Below the pieces are notes generated by a model. The model had not been told where the DNA came from. It made no database searches and saw only the letters and a list, made by a program, of their open reading frames with translations. From the sequence record MH791414.1: a stretch of DNA of 64,000 bases; one strand, 5' to 3'. Positions 52,786 to 62,136 of this stretch are shown in pieces (the stretch's first letter is position 1; the number at the start of each line of letters is the position of its first letter). Position numbers and translations under genes: made by a program.

Positions 52786-53115
52786 TTAAGCTCGCGCATC
52801 TCTGATTCGTACTGATAAGACCGTCTCTGATTCGTACTGATAAGACCGATGGAGAGCTTTTACCCGCGCTTTCTCCAATGCCTTAATTTCTTTCTTGGTA
52901 GAGATATTGTTGAAGATTTCAACACAAGGTTTGCTTGGTTCATTCAGGAAAATAGTACGAACCTTCCCATTACTATCTCGACTGAAACCAAGATGGAACC
53001 CATCAAAGAAAACGATATTCTGAGAATCACCAAAGATATCACCGGTTGGGTGGTTTTCCATATATTGGATCATCTCAGAGGCTTTGGGATCGATTTTACG
53101 AAAGAGTCCGAACAT
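52786..53115 (-). CDS. hypothetical protein, C-terminus frameshifted by a 25-bp duplication
   Basis: GGAG SD before MFGLFRK. Confidence 0.7.
   Translation of the reverse strand: MFGLFRKIDPKASEMIQYMENHPTGDIFGDSQNIVFFDGFHLGFSRDSNGKVRTIFLNEPSKPCVEIFNNISTKKEIKALEKARVKALHRSYQYESETVLSVRIRDARA
52799..52848. repeat. 25-bp tandem duplication
   Basis: TCTCTGATTCGTACTGATAAGACCG x2. Confidence 0.95.
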
Positions 53116-53126
53116 ATTATCTCCTT

Positions 53127-53471
53127 TTAGATATTCCAAAGTTTGTTGATGGTTTCTTTGTGTTTATTCAGAAACTCGATAAATTCATCCACTTCATGTT
53201 CTTCGATAGATTTGATGAAATGGGGAGAGAAAGCACCTTTACGCTGATGGATCATAAACACTTGGGCGTAGTAACCACCATGATCATCTTCGTCGTGCTT
53301 CACATCCCAGCGAAACACAAGATTCATATCGACGTCCGCATCTTTGAACTCGTTCAGGAAATCGGTCATAGTTTCCCATCTGATATTCCACGAAGAATCA
53401 CTATAATTCTCAATAGAACAGTAGTAAGGATGGTGTTTGGAAATATCGAAGACCGATTCGAGTTTGGTCAT
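53127..53471 (-). CDS. hypothetical protein
   Basis: AAGGA SD. Confidence 0.7.
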   Translation of the reverse strand: MTKLESVFDISKHHPYYCSIENYSDSSWNIRWETMTDFLNEFKDADVDMNLVFRWDVKHDEDDHGGYYAQVFMIHQRKGAFSPHFIKSIEEHEVDEFIEFLNKHKETINKLWNI

Positions 53472-53654
53472 GGTAATTTTCCTTATATTGTATTAGCCAA
53501 ATCGGCGATTAAAGCGGTTGATGATATTACGTACTTTATTTGGGTGGCATTTGTAGAATCGAACGGGTTCTGCATCTACCAGTTCCAAACTAACAACGTA
53601 ACCAAGCTTTGGTGTATGCCCTTCAAGGTAGAGTCGCTTTTTCATATCATCCCC

Positions 53655-53879
53655 TTAGTGAGCCAGAGTTTTCATTTTCTTGGTGACGATGGTAACGGCC
53701 TTGCAACCGTTCTTGCGAACACCGCGACCAACGGACAGGGTTTTGTTCCCGGTAGAGTTCACATCTACAGTACGAGCCCAACGCTTATCGGCCTGAGTAC
53801 CGTTATCAGTCATTTTACCAAAACCAGCAACACGAGCAGCAGAACGAGTGGCGAAGAAGATTTGTGCAGTCATGGTCAT
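53655..53879 (-). CDS. small basic early protein (FATRSAAR...KRW)
   Basis: AAGGA SD after promoter and leader motif. Confidence 0.7.
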   Translation of the reverse strand: MTMTAQIFFATRSAARVAGFGKMTDNGTQADKRWARTVDVNSTGNKTLSVGRGVRKNGCKAVTIVTKKMKTLAH

Positions 53880-53940
53880 TTCCTTTTTCAATAAGAGGGG
53901 GTTTCGTTTCAACAAGGACAGTATTACATTAACGGGGTAC

Positions 53941-54258
53941 TTAGTCAACACGACTTTTCAGAAAATTCTCATATTTTTCGAGTTCTTCATAAATCTTTTG
54001 AGATACGAACCCAATACTTGATTTGCTATTTTTCTGAATCGTACCAATTACCCGGACATAACGGGAGGTTGAGAACATCCAACCCAAATCCGGATCCGTA
54101 CCATACAGAAGAGTGAGGATCATAGCTGTGTTGTTACGGCCTTGGATATTACCCTTCACCAAATCGTTGAGTTCCTTACGAACTTCCTTGGTCAAGGCAA
54201 CCAGTTCCATCGGGATACCAAATTCGCTATTTTTCAGAACTTCGTTATTCATGGTCAT
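53941..54258 (-). CDS. hypothetical protein
   Basis: AAGGA SD. Confidence 0.7.
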   Translation of the reverse strand: MTMNNEVLKNSEFGIPMELVALTKEVRKELNDLVKGNIQGRNNTAMILTLLYGTDPDLGWMFSTSRYVRVIGTIQKNSKSSIGFVSQKIYEELEKYENFLKSRVD

Positions 54259-54262
54259 TTCC

Positions 54263-54520
54263 TTATTTCAGAAGGGAGTTGATTTCTTGCATATCGTCTT
54301 TCAGAGACGGGAACCAGTATTGAGCCGGGAAGCAATTCAGGAAGTCCATATAGGCCCGGATAACTTCGATACACTCTTCTACGTCACCACGGTAGATTAC
54401 TTCACAAGCCCAATCATAGTCAACACCAACAACGTTAGTTGCCTGATCATACACTTCGTCAGTGATTTGATGTTCAGCAACGTTAACCAGTTTCTTAGCA
54501 AGAGAAGCGATATGAGACAT
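54263..54520 (-). CDS. hypothetical early protein
   Basis: After TTGACT promoter and GAAACGAGA leader. Confidence 0.7.
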   Translation of the reverse strand: MSHIASLAKKLVNVAEHQITDEVYDQATNVVGVDYDWACEVIYRGDVEECIEVIRAYMDFLNCFPAQYWFPSLKDDMQEINSLLK

Positions 54521-54588
54521 GATTTTTTCCTTTTGGTATCTCGTTTCAACAAAGACAGTATTACACAGGCCGGGTATGGAGTCAACTA

Positions 54589-54852
54589 TTAAAAATAATA
54601 TTCTTTCATCTCATAGTTGATTTTGTGTGTATCGGCCAGACCTTTCAAAATCTCAACACTGGTTTCGTTGGCGGTGGTTACGAAATCTTTGTAGCTCGGT
54701 TCCAACAGGACAATATTAACGCCATTAACACAAATGCGGTATTCCATTTCGGTGAATCCGATATCTCCATCATAGTGACGGGTTTCGTAATAACCAATAT
54801 TAAGAATTTGCAGAAGTTCGAAGAAGTCTTGCATATCAAAGCGAATGTACAT
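54589..54852 (-). CDS. hypothetical early protein
   Basis: AGGAG SD after hairpin promoter. Confidence 0.7.
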   Translation of the reverse strand: MYIRFDMQDFFELLQILNIGYYETRHYDGDIGFTEMEYRICVNGVNIVLLEPSYKDFVTTANETSVEILKGLADTHKINYEMKEYYF

Positions 54853-54932
54853 AGTAATCTCCTAATGGAATTGGGGAGTGTCCCCGGAACAAAGATAGTG
54901 TCTCATAGTTCCGGGGAATGTGTCAACTATTT

Positions 54933-55364
54933 TTATCGATCATCATCCAACATCCACACATCATCCACAACAGGACCTACCCAGATACCAAAGATATCGA
55001 AATCATCAAATACCCGTTCTTTTTTGGGGAGGGTATTTACATACTCACACCAACGAACAGCAGCTTTATAGCTGTAGAAAGTACGGTTGGTGGAGTTCAT
55101 GTGTGGAAGGTGGATACCAGAATCTGACAAGCTGAAATTATCTTCGTAATAATTCTTACCCGAAATACGACTATAACCCTCGCTATGTGGGCGACGATAA
55201 TTAACCCACAAAGTCCCATTCAGACAGGAACCTTTTTTCTTGTAGACATAGGGCCGAGATGTGATGGTCATTTTTTGAATATGGGCAGCCGGACCAAATC
55301 CACATACACGATAAACAGTTTGACCAGCGCGAAGTGATTTAACAGTTACTTTACCTTTAGCCAT
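54933..55364 (-). CDS. hypothetical basic protein
   Basis: AGGAG SD. Confidence 0.7.
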   Translation of the reverse strand: MAKGKVTVKSLRAGQTVYRVCGFGPAAHIQKMTITSRPYVYKKKGSCLNGTLWVNYRRPHSEGYSRISGKNYYEDNFSLSDSGIHLPHMNSTNRTFYSYKAAVRWCEYVNTLPKKERVFDDFDIFGIWVGPVVDDVWMLDDDR

Positions 55365-55578
55365 GATATTTCTCCTTAGATAGCGGGTTTAGCTTTTGCG
55401 TGATACACACCAGTATATTTTTCTTGGGTCTTTTTAACCGCGTCGTCCAGATCCAAAGCCCATACGTATTCATATAAAACTTTACCAGCAAAAGCGTTTT
55501 GGATTTTGAATGAAACGATAAAGCAACTCTTTTTCATGTTATCCCCTAGAAATTTTCTCAATCAACACAGCTAGTGTC

Positions 55579-55794
55579 TCATGCCTGTTTGTACTCGTCA
55601 AGCATCTTTTTAATCTCCATCAACAAATTCAGTTCCAGTTTGGAGATCTGTTCTGGGGTCAAAAACAGGTCTGGTGTGTCGGTTGTGTATTCTCCATTAA
55701 CATGGATTCCCGCGACAAACCCCAAATGTGTACCAGAATCCCATTTGGAGCTAACCACTAGACGTTCGTTATTTCCGATATTCAAAGAAAACAT
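55579..55794 (-). CDS. hypothetical protein
   Basis: AGGAG SD. Confidence 0.65.
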   Translation of the reverse strand: MFSLNIGNNERLVVSSKWDSGTHLGFVAGIHVNGEYTTDTPDLFLTPEQISKLELNLLMEIKKMLDEYKQA

Positions 55795-55803
55795 AATAAC
55801 TCC

Positions 55804-56127
55804 TTATTTCACTTCGATTGATACGATGATCGCACTACCCATGGAACCTGACCAGACGGCGGACACACCTTCAATGGTGTTGATACCACTTACCAGATTT
55901 TGTACATTCTCAGCGGGTTGGTCAAATTTAAAGTCAATATAAATTTTATGAATACCGGTTTCCAGAACCTGATTGTACATTGCGAAATTGAACTCACGAT
56001 ATGCATCAGTCAGATCTGTTTTGCGGAAGATAGCTGTTTTGTTAATATCAACCTTGCGAATGGCCTTGCGTACCCTGACAACTTCGTGGTGTGCCTTGTT
56101 TGATGTTTCTGTAATGAATTCAGCCAT
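55804..56127 (-). CDS. hypothetical protein
   Basis: GAGGA SD after promoter. Confidence 0.7.
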   Translation of the reverse strand: MAEFITETSNKAHHEVVRVRKAIRKVDINKTAIFRKTDLTDAYREFNFAMYNQVLETGIHKIYIDFKFDQPAENVQNLVSGINTIEGVSAVWSGSMGSAIIVSIEVK

Positions 56128-56218
56128 GATATTTTCCTCTTCTTTGTTTCAAGAAACTGTGTTTCGATACGAGTAATATACTAAAGGGCTTACCCGAAAG
56201 CAAGCCCACTTTTGGAAA

Positions 56219-56785
56219 TTAAGCCTTTTCTTTCCATTTAGCGATTTTCTTTTCCATAGTAGAGAGGAAAAGCTTCTCGATCTCTTTCGGTTCCATATCA
56301 CCACAAGAGAGTGCGAACATATCCATAGCAGCGATAGCCAGATCTACAGCTTCACCAGCAATACCGTCCTTACCACGTTTTTTATAAGACAGACCGTTTT
56401 CAATCTGAACCTCGACCGACAGCTCTCCGAGTTCTTCAACACACTTGGACATAACATAATCGTATGTGCGTTTTGGACTATCGAACGGTAGACCAAGACT
56501 AACCGATGTTTCGAAGATAGAGGACAAAGCTGGTTCTTTTTCGTTCGCTTCTTCCACAAGTTCAAGAATAACATCTTCGTCTTTTGGAGCGGCAAAACAC
56601 CAAGCACCATGATCATAGTATGGATTAATGGCGACACCCTGATAACTAGCGTCTCGGGTGTAGAGATAACCAACTTCGTCTATGTAATGACATGTGACAA
56701 TAGAACCAGCGGAAACACCATAGACATCACAAAAACTTGGCTTTGCATACACAACGCGGTATTTTTTATTCAGTTCGTATTCCAT
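56219..56785 (-). CDS. MazG-like NTP pyrophosphohydrolase fused to an N-terminal beta-rich domain
   Basis: KCVEELGEL...GEAVDL MazG metal-binding pattern. Confidence 0.75.
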   Translation of the reverse strand: MEYELNKKYRVVYAKPSFCDVYGVSAGSIVTCHYIDEVGYLYTRDASYQGVAINPYYDHGAWCFAAPKDEDVILELVEEANEKEPALSSIFETSVSLGLPFDSPKRTYDYVMSKCVEELGELSVEVQIENGLSYKKRGKDGIAGEAVDLAIAAMDMFALSCGDMEPKEIEKLFLSTMEKKIAKWKEKA

Positions 56786-57099
56786 TTAAACATTACCTCT
56801 AACTGTTTATTGACGGTGATCTCGATACTCTCATATACACACTTGGCGTCGAAGCCGTTTTTCTTAAATTCTGGGATCAAATACTGTCGGATAAAATCCC
56901 AACGACCGATTGTTACTTCCGGACCTACGTCAAAGAGGAAGTTATCAACATCTCGGGATTCTACCATATGGGATGTTACTTCCATATCCAACATTTCTTT
57001 TACTATCTGGTCATATAAAGTTTTGCTTAATGTTGGAAGGTCTTTTTCTCGTTCTTTCTGATTGATATCAATCTGTTTAACTAACTCAGCTGCGTTCAT
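56770..57099 (-). CDS. hypothetical protein, paralog of 44527..44838
   Basis: MNAAEL...LIPEFKKNGF. Confidence 0.7.
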   Translation of the reverse strand: MNAAELVKQIDINQKEREKDLPTLSKTLYDQIVKEMLDMEVTSHMVESRDVDNFLFDVGPEVTIGRWDFIRQYLIPEFKKNGFDAKCVYESIEITVNKQLEVMFKWNTN

Positions 57100-57238
57100 A
57101 TTTTATTCCTCATTTAAAAATTTTTGATAACTCACTCAAAGGGTTTTTTGTGACAAAAACTTCTCCGGGGTATCCAGATTCATTAATATGTTTTTTATCT
57201 ATATGGTATTCTTTTCGACTCTTAACGTCATAACCTAA

Positions 57239-57784
57239 TCATCTAAAAACCCTTAAAAGTCCCCCTAGTTTATATTCCAACACGAATTTAAATCCGTGCA
57301 GTTCGTACAGTTTTTCTTTCTTTGTTTTAATTTTAATACAAACAAAACTATAATCTTTTGGGATTTTTATATCTTTTTTATGGTCTGGGATAATTTTTAA
57401 TTTGGATTTCAATAATGGTGTATCACCCGAATAAATTTGATATTCCGATTTCTTATATTCTTCTTCAGTTTGACAAATTTTAATTTCAACTTCTTCAAAC
57501 GGTCTAGTGTTTAGTGTTGTTTTTGGGAATAGGTAACAATCGAATTTATGTTTATATGAATCCAAACTATTGAATACAAATGCTAATGTATCTTCTGAAT
57601 ATTTTTCTGTTACCTCAAAATACGGGAGTTTCAAATTTGGGATTTTCCAACCTCCCGGAATTTTTAATAATCCGGAGTGAAATTGAATCCCATTATTCAC
57701 TTTGTTATTGTGTTTATTAACAAAATGTTGTATGGAGATATGCATAATCCCGGCTAATGCAATTACGACTGATAAAATATCCAT
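57239..57784 (-). CDS. AT-rich membrane-anchored hypothetical protein
   Basis: Hydrophobic N-terminus, 181 aa. Confidence 0.6.
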   Translation of the reverse strand: MDILSVVIALAGIMHISIQHFVNKHNNKVNNGIQFHSGLLKIPGGWKIPNLKLPYFEVTEKYSEDTLAFVFNSLDSYKHKFDCYLFPKTTLNTRPFEEVEIKICQTEEEYKKSEYQIYSGDTPLLKSKLKIIPDHKKDIKIPKDYSFVCIKIKTKKEKLYELHGFKFVLEYKLGGLLRVFR

Positions 57785-57803
57785 AAAGCTACCACTCTTT
57801 AAA

Positions 57804-58037
57804 TTATCCTTTTACAATATATTTCACATCAATTTCGTCATAGCCAAGAATTCGACAATAACAATCAAGATCTGCAACTATCCATTCTTGTATTCCACAA
57901 TCTTGATCTTCGTAATCCCACACATGCAAAACACCATCGATATACTTGAAACTATCGCTATGTAGTTCGTCTTCCCATTCCCATACCATAACAAATGCAC
58001 CATTTTGGGGCATTTCTTTAATGATTTTCATTCTCAA
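57804..58037 (-). CDS. hypothetical protein
   Basis: GAGG SD. Confidence 0.65.
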   Translation of the reverse strand: MRMKIIKEMPQNGAFVMVWEWEDELHSDSFKYIDGVLHVWDYEDQDCGIQEWIVADLDCYCRILGYDEIDVKYIVKG

Positions 58038-58186
58038 TTACCTCAATTACAGAACACGGAATAAACCCATCTTCTACCATACGACCAAACACCCCCGGAT
58101 TTTCGATTGACTCTTTCAAACGCTGTTTGAAATACTCATCGGGCATATTCATCAGTTCGTTGAAAGCATCTTCAATAGCCTGATCT

Positions 58187-58684
58187 TTAGTTTTCATTGA
58201 TAATATAATCCTCGATTTTAACTAGTGTGTCAAACCATTGTTTATCGATAGTTACGTTACGAATAGTTGCGGTTCCAAACCCTTTCTTATCATCAACCCA
58301 ATACCCATAACTAGAATGCGGACGATTAACAAAAGCAAAAACCATACCACCCGGATTCATAGCCAACCAACCAGATTTGTATTTGGTTGGGACATCAACA
58401 ACACCATCGTGAAATTGTACCTTCATCGGTGGGTCTCTTTCAACCTCACTTTGGTGTAGGTCATTACCCAGACTTTGATACAGTTCGAACAAGCTATCTT
58501 GTGCTCGGAGCAAAAGAGATGCATGGGGCTTAACTGCAACATGCACGTCGCTTATGTCTTCTCGATCAACAGAACCGAGAAGACTTTCCATCATGATCCG
58601 GATTGAATGTACCCGGTCCAAAGCAACCAGAATAACATCAGGGGATTGATGTTTCATTTCTTCACTCATTTCATAATTCCTCAA
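58187..58684 (-). CDS. two-domain hypothetical protein
   Basis: C-terminal VP..Y..GW module shared with 60010..60279. Confidence 0.7.
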   Translation of the reverse strand: MRNYEMSEEMKHQSPDVILVALDRVHSIRIMMESLLGSVDREDISDVHVAVKPHASLLLRAQDSLFELYQSLGNDLHQSEVERDPPMKVQFHDGVVDVPTKYKSGWLAMNPGGMVFAFVNRPHSSYGYWVDDKKGFGTATIRNVTIDKQWFDTLVKIEDYIINEN

Positions 58685-59535
58685 TCGTGTTTCTTAGGAC
58701 GTTGAATCACAGTTTGCTTAACGCCTTTGTATTCTTCGTGGTCCTTTATACTGAAGGACATCACAGCACTGCTACCCTTAACCGGGATGGACTTCAGAGA
58801 AGATCCCATGTATTTGTAGGTCCGACCCTCAGAATCAATCATGAGTGCGAGATATACATCATAATCACCGTAGAACTGGGCAGGTTTGATACACATTTCA
58901 AACGTGGTGGTCAGCTCAACTTTTTTGACTCGCTCACCAACAGAACCAAAGTATTCATTCTTCTGGTTCTTTTTGAATTCGAAGTCAGCAATACCATTTT
59001 CAATGGCAGTGCGTTGAGCTTGGGACATGGAACAGTAATGGATGCAGGACTCGATGATCTCTTCAATCCACTCGTAACCAGTAGCCAGACCAGCAGTAAA
59101 CAATTCGATATGAGCTTCACGATAAGAACCGCGTTTCATATCCCATTCTTCCTGTGCGGCTTTCTGAGCCATTTCTTTGTCAGTCAGACCACCATTACGC
59201 GCACGTTCCTCGTCGTTGCGCTTGCGCGTTTCTGCGGCCTTCTGTGCGTTGTTGAAAGCTTTACGCTCGGCTTTCACTTCGTCGATCAGCTTGGTGTCGT
59301 TGGTGTAGTTCACACACTCACAACCAACAACAAATTTTTTACCTTCTGCATCATGGATCATGTAGTTATAAATGATACCAGTACCACAAACATGACAGGA
59401 ACCAGCACCATAACCTTGGGGAAGGGCAGCATAATCCTGCATAGTAGCAGTGTCCTTGTTCGGCATCTTGAACATACCAACACAACGGAACGGAGCCTTA
59501 CCAACACCCTGAGATTCCCACTTGTTCATTTCCAT
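58681..59535 (-). CDS. putative zinc-ribbon nucleic-acid-binding protein
   Basis: CHVCGT...VGCECV; C-terminal OB-like segment. Confidence 0.7.
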   Translation of the reverse strand: MEMNKWESQGVGKAPFRCVGMFKMPNKDTATMQDYAALPQGYGAGSCHVCGTGIIYNYMIHDAEGKKFVVGCECVNYTNDTKLIDEVKAERKAFNNAQKAAETRKRNDEERARNGGLTDKEMAQKAAQEEWDMKRGSYREAHIELFTAGLATGYEWIEEIIESCIHYCSMSQAQRTAIENGIADFEFKKNQKNEYFGSVGERVKKVELTTTFEMCIKPAQFYGDYDVYLALMIDSEGRTYKYMGSSLKSIPVKGSSAVMSFSIKDHEEYKGVKQTVIQRPKKHD

Positions 59536-59744
59536 GATTCAATCCTCAAAAAGTTCTGTCCCAATCGACAAAACAAGAATAACCGAAAGTGTGTCATTCG
59601 GTCAACTAGTTTTTTAATCTTTTTTCAATTTCCTGATACTCATTGAAAAACTGGTCATCTGGGATAGAGTCCAACCAAATTTTTGCAGCCTCTAGGCTTG
59701 CTTTGTGAACATCTGACAATGCAGATTCACATTTTTCCTGACTA

Positions 59745-60008
59745 TCAGTCGTTGTTTTCATTTTCATCGACCAAGCTATTAGGATCCAGTGATTTTGACA
59801 TGTAAAAGTATCGGTTTGCTGCCAAATCTCGGGAATCCCCGATTGGTTGCTTCCCTTCTTTGATTTCACGTTTCATACGTTCAAAATGTGAACTTGTCAG
59901 GTTATCAAAGAACCGCCAGAAGTATTTCAGACCGTCAACGATGATCCATTGCATTGGACCGACTTTTAATCCCTGCTCGTCATGCTCGGGTTTCACATAT
60001 AATTCCAT
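59745..60008 (-). CDS. hypothetical protein
   Basis: 87 aa. Confidence 0.6.
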   Translation of the reverse strand: MELYVKPEHDEQGLKVGPMQWIIVDGLKYFWRFFDNLTSSHFERMKREIKEGKQPIGDSRDLAANRYFYMSKSLDPNSLVDENENND

Positions 60009-60009
60009 C

Positions 60010-60279
60010 TTAATTCCCTTTATGTAAGGATTGATTTAACATTTCAATCGGTTGGTATGTGTTTTCTGGGTCTTCCCCTTCAAGATCAACTGTACAAACA
60101 ACAGCTGATTTGTTATCAACCCCCCGATATCTCCATGGGTTATGTTTGTAAACATAAACATACCCATTACTATCAGTCTTCATCCACCCATATTGATATT
60201 CAGACGGGATCTCAATCCACATCCCGTAATACCTAACAAAGAAAGTTGTTTTGACGTTATGTTGATGAATTAGTTTCAT
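60010..60279 (-). CDS. hypothetical protein
   Basis: YGMWIEIPSEYQYGW. Confidence 0.65.
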   Translation of the reverse strand: MKLIHQHNVKTTFFVRYYGMWIEIPSEYQYGWMKTDSNGYVYVYKHNPWRYRGVDNKSAVVCTVDLEGEDPENTYQPIEMLNQSLHKGN

Positions 60280-60287
60280 TCTATTAC

Positions 60288-60935
60288 CTATTGAAGATCG
60301 AAACCCATCTTGCGAGCTTCCCGATATAGGGACTGAAGATTTTGTTCATGTTCACGAGCATTATAAGCCAACCTTTGCAAATTGGTTTCATACCCGCGTC
60401 GTATAGTATCGTACTCATTAACCAGTTGAGACCGGTTATCGTTGACTGTCTTCAAGACTTCACGAACCTTTTGAATTTGGTCTACAATCGATTGATACTT
60501 TTCTCCACCATCCAATTTAAATGTCTGCCCCTCTTGTGGTTTCTTACATTTAATGACCATGGTTAGGGGATACTGTTTATTCCCGCCACTGTAAGACGCG
60601 GTTGAGACCTTGAAGATTTTACTCAAGATTTCGAAAACACCTTTTGCAGAAGCCGCATCTCGAAAAAACATTCGCACACCGTAGTTTTCACATTTGATAT
60701 CGATGTTAGCGAACCGGGACCAAACCATAAAAGTTTTCCAAGATTTTGGGTCATCTGTGTTAATGAATGGAAAAAGGAGAGAAGCAACGGATCTCCCACC
60801 AACACAATACTTTGGTTGACGGACATTGGACAAAAACGCAAATAGGTCATTATTGTTTTTTACATAGGTATGAATTTGGTTAAACCGGTTGGTGATTGCA
60901 ACAGATTTGTCGGTTTTAGTAGTTTTCTTAAACAT
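60288..60935 (-). CDS. hypothetical protein with C-terminal coiled coil
   Basis: AAGGA SD, 215 aa. Confidence 0.75.
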   Translation of the reverse strand: MFKKTTKTDKSVAITNRFNQIHTYVKNNNDLFAFLSNVRQPKYCVGGRSVASLLFPFINTDDPKSWKTFMVWSRFANIDIKCENYGVRMFFRDAASAKGVFEILSKIFKVSTASYSGGNKQYPLTMVIKCKKPQEGQTFKLDGGEKYQSIVDQIQKVREVLKTVNDNRSQLVNEYDTIRRGYETNLQRLAYNAREHEQNLQSLYREARKMGFDLQ

Positions 60936-60946
60936 GATGATTTTCC

Positions 60947-61516
60947 TTAAAGTTTTTTGATTTTTTCAAATACAGAAGAAGATTTTTCTTTCAATTTTTT
61001 AATATCTTCATTGAGGTTACAGTATATACCAAAACTAACCATATTCAAAGGGGTGTTTTCGAAATGAACTGTGTCCTTGTGAACATGACCTTCTTTCCCG
61101 TCTAAGGTAAATTTGATCCAATCAAAATCATACATCAAGTTTTTACATGGTGTCAATACCACATCGTCAACAATGATAGTATAAGTTTTTTCTGGGATTT
61201 CTTCTGGACCATCAACTGCATTAGGTTCGTAGATAGAGAACAGATTGAAAGGACATTCTTCTTGAATAAAAACCCCAACATGGAATTTGTGAAGTTCCAT
61301 TTCGAGTTCATACGCCCGATACCGTTCACTACCATCATAACCAAGAATTGACAGGGCTTGATTGTAACTGATGAGCTGTAGGGGGACCGTTACCTGCTTC
61401 CGGATCCCGTTATAACCTTCAATATCCCAGACAACCGTGTTTTTTGTAAAGGCGTATTCGTATACACATGCAAGCCCGGTTGGGTCTACTTGGTCACACA
61501 ATTCCTGATATTTCAT
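60947..61516 (-). CDS. hypothetical protein
   Basis: 189 aa, ATGA overlap. Confidence 0.75.
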   Translation of the reverse strand: MKYQELCDQVDPTGLACVYEYAFTKNTVVWDIEGYNGIRKQVTVPLQLISYNQALSILGYDGSERYRAYELEMELHKFHVGVFIQEECPFNLFSIYEPNAVDGPEEIPEKTYTIIVDDVVLTPCKNLMYDFDWIKFTLDGKEGHVHKDTVHFENTPLNMVSFGIYCNLNEDIKKLKEKSSSVFEKIKKL

Positions 61517-61893
61517 TTTTGTTCCTTACTAATGTCATTTATGTGGTCTTGAAGCATCTTACCATGAACTGTTTGTGCACCCCAAGCCCCAATCACGTTA
61601 TAATTCCAAAATTTTCGGTTTGATTTTACATACCACAATTCTTTTTGCCATTCGTGAGTTTTTAATGGCACCTTATCAGAAAAACACCGTTGGAGAGGAA
61701 TACTATTTCTCTCGAAATCCATAGCGGCCTTCTCGATTAGTAGTAAGAGGTTATCTTTTTTAGTGTGCCTATTGACAGGTACAGACAGTGATACGGTTTG
61801 GAGAAGAACAGGACAACCCAAGCTATCTATATAAGAGAACTCAGTTGTAATCCGGATAACATCATTACCACCAGTGAAAAAATCTTTAAACAT
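61513..61893 (-). CDS. hypothetical protein
   Basis: AAGGA SD before MFKDFF; the longer track ORF runs into the repeat. Confidence 0.7.
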   Translation of the reverse strand: MFKDFFTGGNDVIRITTEFSYIDSLGCPVLLQTVSLSVPVNRHTKKDNLLLLIEKAAMDFERNSIPLQRCFSDKVPLKTHEWQKELWYVKSNRKFWNYNVIGAWGAQTVHGKMLQDHINDISKEQK

Positions 61894-61915
61894 AACAGTT
61901 CCTTGATTAATTAAC

Positions 61916-62116
61916 ACGAACGAAGTGAGTCGCCGGAGGCGGTTCGCTACGCTCACTATTTCTAATTATAGATCTTCTATATAAATACTTATAGAAACTT
62001 TATAGTTTGATTGCAAGTGAAACTAGATAACTCCTAGGAAGCTCTATAATCAATTCTATCATTTTTGTATACAAACATACTCAGGTAAGACAGAAATTGA
62101 TTGTAGAGCTTCCTAG
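61916..62116. repeat. composite intergenic repeat, copy 2
   Basis: Inverted GC box, 26-bp identical AT core, 22-bp inverted repeat. Confidence 0.9.
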
Positions 62117-62136
62117 AAGCCTTGGTTTTGATATTT

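Noticed and set aside
43307-59646. Long + strand ORFs in the - strand block (e.g. 53046..53894, 58687..59646, 43307..43660)
   Set aside because: Antisense shadows of well-formed - strand genes; no SD, and protein composition is non-biological
61893-61956. N-terminal extension of ORF 61513..61956
   Set aside because: It runs through the inverted GC box of the composite repeat; AAGGA SD supports a start at 61893
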